Origin: an uncultured Gammaproteobacteria bacterium | GTDB taxonomy: Bacteria; Pseudomonadota; Gammaproteobacteria; JAGOUU01 | Direction of reading: 5' to 3' | Assembly (NCBI GenBank): GCA_963977185.1 | Contig: CAXBNV010000002.1 | Span: forward strand, 5,572 to 69,571 | Length of the DNA: 64,000 nucleotides | Part shown: piece by piece, positions 10,001-19,057 of the stretch | Layout: each line of letters begins with the position of its first letter | Numbering within the stretch: the stretch's first letter is position 1 | The notes under the pieces: generated by a model | Database searches by the model: none | Seen by the model: the letters and a program-made list of their open reading frames with translations, nothing else | Told to the model about the DNA's origin: nothing | Translations under genes and position numbers: made by a program

Positions 10001-10183
10001 TGGTGAGCCATTCGATTTTGTTGACGATACTTCTGCCTTTTCAGCATCAGCCCAAGTTCTTGCCATATCTAGTAAATCACTTTCACTGATTTCTGGAGAT
10101 TTATTTTTTTCTTTATTAGCTAACCTTCTTTGAGCTAGCTCTAGTTGATTTTTATTTAAAATCTTTATTTGCTTGGGTGGCAT
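7082..10183 (-). CDS. Large hypothetical protein (1033 aa) with an internal Nudix-hydrolase-like box; lineage-specific, possibly a secreted effector
   Basis: Single long ORF. Near residues 770-800 it contains GGNVDSTDSSVEYAAIRELKEETGL. The REUxEExGU core of the Nudix box (RELKEETGL) is perfect; the upstream Gx5E part is degenerate (D where E is expected, one extra residue). Beta-strand-like context (VAVVVIYERE...) precedes it. I recognised no other domain. The protein is K/N/E-rich, with coiled-coil-like stretches. Confidence 0.5.
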   Translation of the reverse strand: MPPKQIKILNKNQLELAQRRLANKEKNKSPEISESDLLDMARTWADAEKAEVSSTKSNGSPKKGKNLPESEITIFNDLVTELKKYDYFNTFNNADLNLILKTLIDVKDKFRPITDEQIIVFMHILQHPKLKIKLATDSIFVRYEEIILKIINILGWEEKKIRIDIATKTVDFDFQTETSKMLNLSSKNKVEGVSECYNFIANCSAVKKVAKEELSQYKEEFVKKISKVNILALKNRLIGLDKKDGDLARFLMHDVRWVATHATDAAQIIQKESWLGSTKSIGASFGGMLLSGKSSNVNKDQFGNEGFAFFRVTAGYGEMEETRYGTSTIVFDLKSLEKNSWLSMHDQAYPFARENTRELKTKSGELIRKITDIGNDGTAFRWGVQYYSNSESLQTETAKNIVRNVKFTDEIFFDDNIIASIVLTIVNELRQIREATGDKVCSEFIANFDEIKSSPQCKKDKFAANLLKLFVRPELKVPLGVDLKSIPPVLIHNPIGIGVYDINGRLKQEVKDIHQEIKDIDFNLRNSIGKLKDNNEIREKYQEFLTQLTEKYKIIITKYLTKYSNEDQFGAIIRIKKIIEKFKSIAIEHGIILNDNVSLPDFSKEMIVDLSNKLQENIKKYQDLLTNPGILNEDVIKNIYIMIETYRVFIPYLDEDNISLFNEFEESFFNKQTSEHNSEYNELTCSFYDQSNTSHFNQIKGSFDSFGSFSSSCFPPSARACSPILSMGISETNTPIEISTNITNYKAAVAVVVIYERETERYYSFAVQELHKKDELLLGRIKAPGGNVDSTDSSVEYAAIRELKEETGLDISALPDGVQLKGFVSMQNRPSLIEDITKKIGFVEVRLVVENISGFLKKFSPAGKSNDRSELELCGGKYFLLSEKDLSESHIDISNINIITRTLCERLEYINKIIAKVNQLLKVPSHAEKIKIIMNDYNLVDVKDLTNKKQEEIVSFLNKLSLTLSGKSQVEYKDNNQEIFKQAIQKFKALNDEPGSTFNEILYFINSASVASPGITPSVSPEHGRRNSKLTTA

Positions 10184-10435
10184 AATTTTTACTTAAATTA
10201 AGATTTAATACAATAACAAAATATTTTCAATTAACTGAACAAACCTCTGATTATTCAGTTAACTAATGACTGATACTAATATACCTACAAAACTAAGTCA
10301 ACTAATTTGCATTGTGTTTTACAATGTATTTATGTAAATTATTTCAATCAAATAACATACTTTAATATATTTAATCATGGATAATTAACAATTAGTTTGA
10401 TATCATTATAACTCAATTCAAAGGTAAGTAATTTT

Positions 10436-11461
10436 ATGGGTTCAAATACTGGTAAATCTCGCAAAAAAAACGATTTAGCTAATCCTTTTTCAGGTAAACA
10501 TCATGTTTTTAATCATTTGCTAAATACAGAATTGTGGCGCCCAAAAGCAAGAGGTAGAAATAAAGTTTTAGATTTTTTCGAAGATATATTTCAAAAAATG
10601 TCTCGACAAAAATTAGTAAATGCAACATACAATGATTACATAAATTTATTTTTGCATATGTCTCATGATATAGATGAAACAAAGCATCCTTATCAAGTTG
10701 ATTCAATTTCTTTAACTAAAGTAAAAGCAGTTAAAGATAAAACAGGTGAAAATTATATCACCTATGATATGACCTATGATAGGCTTCAGGCAGGATTTAT
10801 ACTACACATGTTGGTCGAAAAACTACCTGAGGAGATAAAGTTAGATTTATATTCCCCTGTTATGATACAAGGCAATAAATCAAGGAGCTACATATTAGCC
10901 TTTTGTGCAACACACTCAAATCATTTGCAAATTTTAGAACAAAGCATTCAAGAATTTACGTTTGATAAAATTAACGATTCTTTTGATGTTAAAAAATTAG
11001 GCTTAGATAAACTAATTAATTTTTTTGATTGCTCTGGTCTTGAAGAATTAAGAAAAATATTTTCATCTGAACTATGTAAAAATGCAATAGATGAAAATTA
11101 TTTAATGATTTCTGATTTATCAAAAATAAAAATTTCTGATAACCTGTTTTTTAATATGCATGAAAACACTTTTAAAAAAACTTTGCTTAGTTATGCTGAA
11201 TCTTCGCAACCTGCAGCAACATCTTGTGTTTTAACATTAAAATCTTTTATGCCTTTTTCTTTAAATGAGTTTTTTGATAAATTTAAAAATGCTATAAAAG
11301 AAAAACTTGAGTCTCTTTCAAAATTTGTTTTGGATTTAGGTGAAAAATGCATATCAAGTGGGAAGAAAGAAATAATTTCTGAGTTACTTAATGTAGCTCA
11401 TCAAAATAACAGTGATGAATTAAAGAAAACAAAAATAAATACCAATATCAAAACTAAATAA
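10436..11461 (+). CDS. Hypothetical protein with a eukaryotic-like N-terminal MGSNTGKSRKK motif (predicted N-myristoylation plus polybasic signal)
   Basis: 341-aa soluble protein with no recognisable bacterial domain. Its N-terminus, MGSNTGKSRKKND, resembles c-Src MGSNKSKPKD: Gly2, a small residue at position 6, and a Lys/Arg cluster. Confidence 0.55.
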   Translation: MGSNTGKSRKKNDLANPFSGKHHVFNHLLNTELWRPKARGRNKVLDFFEDIFQKMSRQKLVNATYNDYINLFLHMSHDIDETKHPYQVDSISLTKVKAVKDKTGENYITYDMTYDRLQAGFILHMLVEKLPEEIKLDLYSPVMIQGNKSRSYILAFCATHSNHLQILEQSIQEFTFDKINDSFDVKKLGLDKLINFFDCSGLEELRKIFSSELCKNAIDENYLMISDLSKIKISDNLFFNMHENTFKKTLLSYAESSQPAATSCVLTLKSFMPFSLNEFFDKFKNAIKEKLESLSKFVLDLGEKCISSGKKEIISELLNVAHQNNSDELKKTKINTNIKTK

Positions 11462-11501
11462 ATAGTCAAAATAATAATGATTGGTATTTAATTAAAGTAA
11501 C

Positions 11502-12722
11502 TTAACTTTTATCTTTAATTAAAAATATAGATATGAAAGCTGCAATTATATAGCAACCTAAAATAACATTCATTCCAGCAAGATAGCTACTTGCTGAATA
11601 TTGTAAAACCTCGTTTACATTTCCATACATACCTGAATTATATTTAATAACATACCCAACAAGAGGCTGAAAAATAAATCCAGATACAACTACAGCAGTA
11701 TTATTAAAACCCATTGCCGTTGCTGAATTTTCATCTTCATTATTATCTTTTACCAGAACAAAACTCAGTGCTTGTCCTCCGCATCCAACTCCTGCAAAAA
11801 ATACTGCAATAGTTAAAATTATTAAACTTGTAATTGGAATGTATAAAATAATAGAAAAAGATAAAGCCCCAATCAATGCTGCTGTTATTAACCAAAATTT
11901 ATTATTAAAAATTTTAGTTGCCAAAAATCCAAAAAGAGGAGCTCCAACAGCAACCCCTACCCACATTGCTGTAGTTAACATAGCTGCTATTTCAATAGAA
12001 TAATTAAAATATGCTTTAAAAAAATCTGGTCCATATAAAGAAGCTACTGCAGTCATAGGTGCCCATAATAAACAGGCGTAAGCTGCAATAATCCAGCTTT
12101 GTGAACTTTTAGATATTTTTTTTAACCCTTTTTTAATATCGAAGAGTCGTACCTTGCTTTTGTTTTTTTGAGGAAGCTTCATAAAAAATAAAATAGCAAA
12201 CACAATGAGTACGCCTCCTGTACTCATAATGACTATTGTCATACGCCAGCCAAAATTTTCAAGCAGAGGAACTAAAGGTGCTTCACCCATTATGGCTCCA
12301 ATGGCAACAAATGTTTGAGTTATACCAGCCATAAGAGAAAAATATTTTTCTTCAAAAACTTCTGATGCAACAACTAATGCTCCAACAAATGCAAAAGCTG
12401 CTCCAAAGCCCATAATTAATCTTGCTAATGCTCCAATATAAACATTAGGTGTTATAGAAAATAAAAATCCTCCAAGAGTACAAATTATTAATGGAAAAAT
12501 AATTACTTCTTTTACTTTATAATTATCATAAAAAATCCCAGATGGGATTTGCATTATTGTATAAGTAACAAAATAAGCTCCAGACATTAACCCAAGCCAA
12601 AAAATATTTATATCAAGACTATACATTAATTCATCAGTCATAATCCCTGGAGAAACTTGCATCATCATATCAAAAAACAAGAATAACGCTGATAAAGTAT
12701 AAATGAAAATTGCATAAACCAT
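11502..12722 (-). CDS. MFS-family transporter
   Basis: 406-aa protein with about 12 TM segments in a 6+6 arrangement and a central cytoplasmic loop (KLPQKNKSKVRLFDIKKGLKK). Confidence 0.75.
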   Translation of the reverse strand: MVYAIFIYTLSALFLFFDMMMQVSPGIMTDELMYSLDINIFWLGLMSGAYFVTYTIMQIPSGIFYDNYKVKEVIIFPLIICTLGGFLFSITPNVYIGALARLIMGFGAAFAFVGALVVASEVFEEKYFSLMAGITQTFVAIGAIMGEAPLVPLLENFGWRMTIVIMSTGGVLIVFAILFFMKLPQKNKSKVRLFDIKKGLKKISKSSQSWIIAAYACLLWAPMTAVASLYGPDFFKAYFNYSIEIAAMLTTAMWVGVAVGAPLFGFLATKIFNNKFWLITAALIGALSFSIILYIPITSLIILTIAVFFAGVGCGGQALSFVLVKDNNEDENSATAMGFNNTAVVVSGFIFQPLVGYVIKYNSGMYGNVNEVLQYSASSYLAGMNVILGCYIIAAFISIFLIKDKS

Positions 12723-12762
12723 TATATATTGCCTTTTTAAAATAATATTAACACAGATAAAT

Positions 12763-14073
12763 TTAAATAATTTCTTTAGATTCTTTTGAATGATGATTTA
12801 TCTTATCATCAAAATCCAAGCAAAATGGTAAATTATCTGCATTATTAATAGATCCCTGTAATTTTGATAAATGATCTAATAAATCTAATAAATCATCTTG
12901 TGCTTTTGATATACTTTTAGAACTAAGATAGAATTTATTTTTTAATAAATTATTTATTTTTTTAAATATTTTTTTATATGCAAACCAATATTCATAATAA
13001 CCAATAATAATAAAACTATCTTTTTGTCTTTGTAATATTTTTAAAATTTCAGTTAAGCCCATTCTTTTTTTCTTTTTAGAATCTATAAAATTGTTAGTTG
13101 CAAAATCAAGCTCTGAATAAAAGTCTAAAGCTATTACAGATATATCTTTAAAATCAATATTATTTCTAAACTCAACCAAACTACTTCTATTGTTCTTTTT
13201 AGGTAATTTTTGCAATGTGTAAATTTGTTTTTGAAATTTTTCATCTAAAAATTCATTATCTAGATACTGATATAAGATATAACTTAAAGAAGCTAAAGAT
13301 TTATTAACCTTATCTTCTATTAAATGAAATGACATATTATCTAAACCATCAGAATAATTTTTAATAATATTATTAAATAAATATTTAAATATTAATTTAT
13401 CCGAATGCTTTAATATATTATTTTCTAAAAATTTAAAAATTATATAACAAAAATTCCATAGCAATTCATGCCGTGTTTCATTGAATTCATTTTTTAAAAC
13501 TAAAACTGATTTAGTTGCTTTTGTATAATCAAATTCACTAACCGTAAAATCAAAGTCAATAAAATTTGCTAAAAACTCAATGCTATTGATAACATTAATT
13601 CTTTGAGTTGCATTAAAGTCACATCTAAAACTAGAAGTATTGTATTTTTCCACATGTTTTACAAAAAAACTAGACTGAGTATATAGACTTAGAATAAAAC
13701 CATTAGTATTAATTTTTAATAAGTCTAAATAAGTTAAATAAAATATAGGTATATCATACAAACCTAACTTTATATTTTTAATATAATCTAACAAAGCATC
13801 TATACTATGTTGCAATAAATGTTTGCTATAACAAGTTTCATGAGAAAAATTTAATAATGACTGTAATAACTGCTTATTATTAGTGAAACTAATAATTTCT
13901 TCAGTAAAACACACAACCCCCCATAATTTTAAATGAGTCGCATCTTTATTGGTTAATTTTAATAAATCAATAGCTAAATTTATTTGATTATCTTTTAAAA
14001 AATCAATGATTTTAATAACTTTTTGATGTAAAGATTCAATAGAATCTTCTAGTTTATTAGCTTGCATAAACAT
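12763..14073 (-). CDS. Hypothetical protein (436 aa, soluble, no recognised domain)
   Basis: Long ORF with no TM segment. Composition is K/N/L/F-rich. No motif identified. Confidence 0.55.
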   Translation of the reverse strand: MFMQANKLEDSIESLHQKVIKIIDFLKDNQINLAIDLLKLTNKDATHLKLWGVVCFTEEIISFTNNKQLLQSLLNFSHETCYSKHLLQHSIDALLDYIKNIKLGLYDIPIFYLTYLDLLKINTNGFILSLYTQSSFFVKHVEKYNTSSFRCDFNATQRINVINSIEFLANFIDFDFTVSEFDYTKATKSVLVLKNEFNETRHELLWNFCYIIFKFLENNILKHSDKLIFKYLFNNIIKNYSDGLDNMSFHLIEDKVNKSLASLSYILYQYLDNEFLDEKFQKQIYTLQKLPKKNNRSSLVEFRNNIDFKDISVIALDFYSELDFATNNFIDSKKKKRMGLTEILKILQRQKDSFIIIGYYEYWFAYKKIFKKINNLLKNKFYLSSKSISKAQDDLLDLLDHLSKLQGSINNADNLPFCLDFDDKINHHSKESKEII

Positions 14074-14194
14074 CCTTGTTTGATTTTGCGTAAGATATAT
14101 CCTTATGTTAATATTAGCATTAATGCTAATATTAATTTAATTAATTTTTTAATAATTTATGCACTTTATTAAGTCAATAATATTATAACTAACT

Positions 14195-15151
14195 ATGAGC
14201 AAAACTAACATTCGCCTTGCTGTTCTAATGGATCCACTTCATAAAATTAACATCAAAAAAGATTCAACATATACCATGCTTCGTGAAGCTTCCAAAAAAG
14301 GCTGGGATATATATATCTTTATGAGTAACGAGCTATATTTTAAAAACAATAAATATTTAGCTAACGCATGTAAATTTAAATTTAACCAAACTAATCAACC
14401 AAGCTGGTATAATACTAGTGAGCAAGAAATTATTGATTTGTTATCTTTTGATATAATTTTATTTAGAAAAGATCCACCTGTTAACTTAGAATATATATAC
14501 TCTACTTATTTATTAGAACAAATTGCTAACAAAGGTGTTTTAGTTGCTAATAATCCAAAATCTATAAGAGATTGTAATGAAAAACTTTTTGCAACTCAAT
14601 TTCCAGAGTTCTCCCCTCCTACATTAGTTACAAGCAATATGAGTTTAATTAAAGAATTCCAAAAGGAACATCAAGAAATTATCGTTAAACCATTAGATAG
14701 CATGGGTGGTAACTCTATATTTAAACTAATACCTAATGACAGCAATATTAATGTTATTTTAGAAGCATCAACTCTAAATGGCTCAAAAACTATCATGGCT
14801 CAAAAGTTTATTCCTGAAATAAAAGATGGAGATAAAAGGATTCTAATGATAAATGGTAGTCCTGTACATTATGGAATAAAAAGAATTCCTGATAAACATG
14901 ATCACCGAGGCAATTTAGCTGCTAACGCAAAATCAGTAGGCTTTAGAATTAATGATCATGAACATGAAATTTGTCATAAAATTGGCCCTAAACTTCAAGA
15001 ATTAGGGCTTCACTTTGTAGGGCTAGATGTTATAGGCAATTATGTTACCGAAATTAATGTTACCTGCCCTACTTGTATTCAAGAAATAGATAGCCTATAT
15101 GACCTTAATATAGCTAAAAGCTTTTTAGAAGAGCTTGAAAGAATGTTATAA
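14195..15151 (+). CDS. gshB: Glutathione synthetase (ATP-grasp)
   Basis: 318-aa protein that is collinear with E. coli GshB: IRLAVLMDPLHKINIKKDS, RKDPP, RDCNEKLFA, KPLDSMGG, MAQKFIPEIKDGDKRIL, RGNLAANA, TEINVTCPTC. Confidence 0.9.
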   Translation: MSKTNIRLAVLMDPLHKINIKKDSTYTMLREASKKGWDIYIFMSNELYFKNNKYLANACKFKFNQTNQPSWYNTSEQEIIDLLSFDIILFRKDPPVNLEYIYSTYLLEQIANKGVLVANNPKSIRDCNEKLFATQFPEFSPPTLVTSNMSLIKEFQKEHQEIIVKPLDSMGGNSIFKLIPNDSNINVILEASTLNGSKTIMAQKFIPEIKDGDKRILMINGSPVHYGIKRIPDKHDHRGNLAANAKSVGFRINDHEHEICHKIGPKLQELGLHFVGLDVIGNYVTEINVTCPTCIQEIDSLYDLNIAKSFLEELERML

Positions 15152-15189
15152 TACTTTCTGATTTTAAGTATTATATACTTTATTAGAGC

Positions 15190-16290
15190 ATGAAAAATAC
15201 ATTACCGGCTTTTTTTGGAAGTCTTTTTTCTTTAAAAAAGAAAAAATATTTATTCATATTATCCATATTTTGTTCTTTTGCTATAACTATAATTTTTTTA
15301 TTTTTATACAAAAATCAGCAGCCTGAAATTTATGAATCAAAATATTATTCTTTAGGTACTGTTATATCTATTAAAATATCTAATTATCCCAAGAAAAATA
15401 TAGACAAAATATTTTTTGAAATAGAAAACTTAATTAAGAAATCTCATATAAAATGGCACCCTTGGAATAAAAATAAAAAAAATATTTTATATAATTTAAA
15501 TCAAGCATTACAATCTGGAGATAACTATGAAGTAGACCCAGGCACTCTTAATATATTAACTACTTCAAAAAAAATAGCAGATAAAACTAATCATTTGTTT
15601 AACCCTATATATGGTCAATTATTTAAAGCGTGGGGGTTTCATCAAGAAAATTTCAATAATAATTTTATACCTAATTTAAACAAAATTAAATTATTAACAA
15701 AATCTAATTTATCTATGAAAGATATAATTATTAAAAATAATGTTATTTCTACAAATATAAAAGATCCTGAAACTAGAAAAATAATTCAATTAGACTTTAA
15801 TGCCATAGCTAAAGGGCAAATAATTTTAGACATTAAAAAAACTCTAAAAAATTATAATATAAATAATGCGCTAATTAATATTGGTGGAGATATATATGCT
15901 ATGGGTTATAAAAATATAAATACAAAATCTAATTGGACTAGCGCTATCTTTAATCCTCAAGATAAACAAAAGCCAATTGCTATTATAAAATTAAAACCAA
16001 ATCAAAGTATAGCAACATCAGGAAATTATTTTAGAAACTTTAAAATAAACAATAAAAAATATCATCATATTATTAATTCAAAATTAGGCATACCAAGTGA
16101 ATATTTTATACAGGCAACAGTTATTCACCAAGACCCATTAGTCGCTGATGCTATGGCAACAGTTATGATGTTAAGTGATACAAGTAATTATCAAGATTTT
16201 TTAAATAATTTAAATATTGATAATTATTTACTAATAGATAAAAATAATAAAATATTAAATAAAAATATTGATATTATTTATTTTTCATAA
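15190..16290 (+). CDS. apbE: FAD:protein FMN transferase (ApbE family)
   Basis: 366-aa protein with an N-terminal membrane anchor. ApbE-like motifs are present: IATSGNYFRNF..KKYHHIIN..LGIP and LVADAMATV. Confidence 0.7.
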   Translation: MKNTLPAFFGSLFSLKKKKYLFILSIFCSFAITIIFLFLYKNQQPEIYESKYYSLGTVISIKISNYPKKNIDKIFFEIENLIKKSHIKWHPWNKNKKNILYNLNQALQSGDNYEVDPGTLNILTTSKKIADKTNHLFNPIYGQLFKAWGFHQENFNNNFIPNLNKIKLLTKSNLSMKDIIIKNNVISTNIKDPETRKIIQLDFNAIAKGQIILDIKKTLKNYNINNALINIGGDIYAMGYKNINTKSNWTSAIFNPQDKQKPIAIIKLKPNQSIATSGNYFRNFKINNKKYHHIINSKLGIPSEYFIQATVIHQDPLVADAMATVMMLSDTSNYQDFLNNLNIDNYLLIDKNNKILNKNIDIIYFS

Positions 16291-17149
16291 CTGATTTAGT
16301 GCAATTATCAGGAAAAGATACATCTGCTTCTTGATTATAAGCTCCTAAAAAATGCTTTTTGAACATATCTACTATAATTAAGCACAATCTTTCAAGAGCG
16401 TTATACGTTAACCCTAAAAACTCAAGATTTGTTATATTACCAGTTTTTTGTTCAATTGCCACTTCATCAAGAGACACAGTGAAAGATTTCATATCATCTG
16501 CTAAAACATAATTATATTTAATTTTTATAACCTGATCTTCTGTATCACTGTTAGGTGACTTTATATTCAAATTAATCTCTATTTCTATACGCTGGTTATT
16601 ATTTAATATATTGATCATTAAATCAGTATTCACTGATAATTTATTGTCATAATGCTCCATACTATGAAAATATTTTGGCTGAATAATATTTTTAACTAAC
16701 GCTTCTGGTGACATAATTAACCCATATTGATGAAAACTTGTAAATATAGATTTCAAAAGAGTATCTTCATCTTTTTTATCTTCTGATGATAGACCAACAT
16801 CTTTGGTTGCAAGTTCCTTAATAAAACTCAAAGCATCATTATCTGTTATTACAGTGTTTTCGGATTCCTGAAAAATAGAAATGTTATTTACAGGTAACTT
16901 TCGTGTTATAACATCTTTTTCAAATTGTTCTGGATTATAACTATTAAAATTATTTGCATTTTGCATTCCTTGCCAAAAAATCGACATGCTACTAGATTTA
17001 TCAAATTTCACATTCTTTAATTTCTGAGTCTGCATTGCTTCTTCGATTGTAAAACGACTAGTTACATCTTTTACTTTATATACAACTGAATTGCTAGAAA
17101 ATAAAAAATTTGAATAACTTGAATTTTTTCCAAAATATAGCCTATACAT
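16274..17149 (-). CDS. Hypothetical protein (291 aa)
   Basis: Soluble ORF with no recognisable domain. It is followed by a 440-bp non-coding region. Confidence 0.5.
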   Translation of the reverse strand: MYRLYFGKNSSYSNFLFSSNSVVYKVKDVTSRFTIEEAMQTQKLKNVKFDKSSSMSIFWQGMQNANNFNSYNPEQFEKDVITRKLPVNNISIFQESENTVITDNDALSFIKELATKDVGLSSEDKKDEDTLLKSIFTSFHQYGLIMSPEALVKNIIQPKYFHSMEHYDNKLSVNTDLMINILNNNQRIEIEINLNIKSPNSDTEDQVIKIKYNYVLADDMKSFTVSLDEVAIEQKTGNITNLEFLGLTYNALERLCLIIVDMFKKHFLGAYNQEADVSFPDNCTKSVMKNK

Positions 17150-17510
17150 ATAAACCCTAAATACATATTAATAATAAATTACATAAATAATTTTATTTTA
17201 ACAACTAAATAATTAAATAATCATTAATAAATGAGATTATATAATTCTAAATAAAATTACCATAAGTAAAAATACCACACACATCGTTAGTTGTCAAGCT
17301 AATTTAGCTTAACAGCTAATTTGCATTAATATAGTTAGATTTTACATGCCATGATTAAACAGACGCTTTTATATAACATATTGATATTAAAGTTATATTT
17401 AGAATTAAACTAGAAAATATTTATGTTTATTACAGCGGTTATTACACTTAAATCCTAAGAAATCCTTTTTCTGCTCCATTTAGGAGCCTTTTTTCTTTTT
17501 TAAAGAAAAA

Positions 17511-17530
17511 GGCCAACTTTAGTTGGCACA
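17511..17530. terminator. Hairpin downstream of metQ, a candidate terminator for the metNIQ transcript
   Basis: The repeat gccaac-ttta-gttggc (6-bp stem) is flanked by a longer inverted repeat (aaatcctttt ... aaaaggattt) and a T-rich tract on the minus strand. It lies 60-130 nt after the metQ stop. Confidence 0.35.
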
Positions 17531-17589
17531 AAAGGATTTAGATGCGCTAACAACACATTTTTGATTATTTTATAAATAATTTTAAATAA

Positions 17590-18396
17590 TTAAAAAGCTT
17601 TTATAGATTGATTTTTAAATAATTCTTTTGCTTTTGCTTGAACTTCTTGTGATTGCAGTGATGATTTTAATTGATTGAATTTATTATTTTCAACATCTTT
17701 GGTTTTAATAACAATAACATTAGCATAAATAGAATCTTTGGTTTCTAAAAAAATAGCATCTTTTGAAGGAATTAAACCTGCTAATATTGCATAATTTGTA
17801 TTAATTGCCGCTAATGCTACGTCAGGTAAAACTCTTGGAATACCTGCTGCATCTAATTCTCTAATTTTTAAATGCTTATTATTAGATTTTATATCTTTTA
17901 AAGTAACACTTGCTTTATCTACATTACTATCTAATTTTATTAATCCTGCTTTTTCTAATAATAATAACGCTCTTGCGCCATTACTAGGATCATTAGGAAT
18001 AGCTATAACACTTCCATTTGGTATTTTATCTAGATTTTTATATTTACTAGAATATAAACCCATAGGATAAACAAAAGTCTTTCCCAAAATAGTAAAATCA
18101 TAACCATGATCAGCCATGGCTTTTTTTAAGAAAGGCTCATGCTGAAACATATTGGCGTCTAAAATACCTTCATCCAATGCACGATTAGGCTCTTGATAAT
18201 CATTAAATTCTTTAATTTTTATATCTATATTATATCTATTTTTTGCAACTTTCTTTGCAACTTCAGCAAGAATTGTTTCAGGGCCTGCAATAGTTCCTAA
18301 AACTATTTCATTAGGATCTTTTTTATTATCCTTGCATGATGCTAAAAATATACTTATAAATAATGTTAAATACACAAAAGATTTAATTTTTCTCAT
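17590..18396 (-). CDS. metQ: Methionine ABC transporter substrate-binding lipoprotein (NlpA/MetQ family)
   Basis: 268-aa protein with signal peptide and lipobox (FLASC). MetQ-like motifs and position after metI. Confidence 0.85.
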   Translation of the reverse strand: MRKIKSFVYLTLFISIFLASCKDNKKDPNEIVLGTIAGPETILAEVAKKVAKNRYNIDIKIKEFNDYQEPNRALDEGILDANMFQHEPFLKKAMADHGYDFTILGKTFVYPMGLYSSKYKNLDKIPNGSVIAIPNDPSNGARALLLLEKAGLIKLDSNVDKASVTLKDIKSNNKHLKIRELDAAGIPRVLPDVALAAINTNYAILAGLIPSKDAIFLETKDSIYANVIVIKTKDVENNKFNQLKSSLQSQEVQAKAKELFKNQSIKAF

Positions 18397-18406
18397 AAAC
18401 TAGTTA

Positions 18407-19057
18407 TTAATTATTTGATAATTTATGTAGCAATTTATTACCTATATATTCGATTACCTGTACTAAAATAATCATAATCACTACAGTAATAACCATAGTT
18501 TGCATCTGAAATCTCTGATAACCATAATTAAAAGCCATGGCGCCAAGTCCACCGCCAGCCAAAGTACCCGCCATTGCAGAATAACCGACCAATGTAACCA
18601 GCATCAAAATGATACCATAAATAATATGATTTCTAGCTTCAATCAAGTTAAAATTAAATAATACCTGTATATTACTTGCACCAAAACTTAAAGCTGTGTC
18701 GATGACTCCTTTAGGTATTTCTAAAAAAGCACTCTCAGTTATTCTAGCAAAAAATGGTATTGCGGCAATAGTTAAAGGTACACAGGCAGCAAGAGTTCCT
18801 ATTGTTGTGCCTGCAATCAATCTAGTAAAAGGAATAATAGCGATCATTAATATAACAAAAGGAATCGATCTTGTTATGTTTACAAGAATATTTAATACTT
18901 GATAAGCTAAATTATTTTCATAGATAGGAAAAGATGATTTTGGATTAACTAGATATAATAAAATCCCTAATGCCCCACCTAATATTACAGATAGTATTCC
19001 TGGAAGAAAAACTAATAATAAAGTTTCCAGTGTTGCATATAAAAATTCATTAAACAT
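18407..19057 (-). CDS. metI: Methionine ABC transporter permease
   Basis: 216-aa protein with 5 TM segments; ABC permease positioned between metN and metQ. Confidence 0.85.
   Translation of the reverse strand: MFNEFLYATLETLLLVFLPGILSVILGGALGILLYLVNPKSSFPIYENNLAYQVLNILVNITRSIPFVILMIAIIPFTRLIAGTTIGTLAACVPLTIAAIPFFARITESAFLEIPKGVIDTALSFGASNIQVLFNFNLIEARNHIIYGIILMLVTLVGYSAMAGTLAGGGLGAMAFNYGYQRFQMQTMVITVVIMIILVQVIEYIGNKLLHKLSNN

Noticed and set aside
8802-10133. Three small plus-strand ORFs inside the 1033-aa gene
   Set aside because: They are antisense to a single uninterrupted 3.1-kb ORF and encode only low-complexity peptides.
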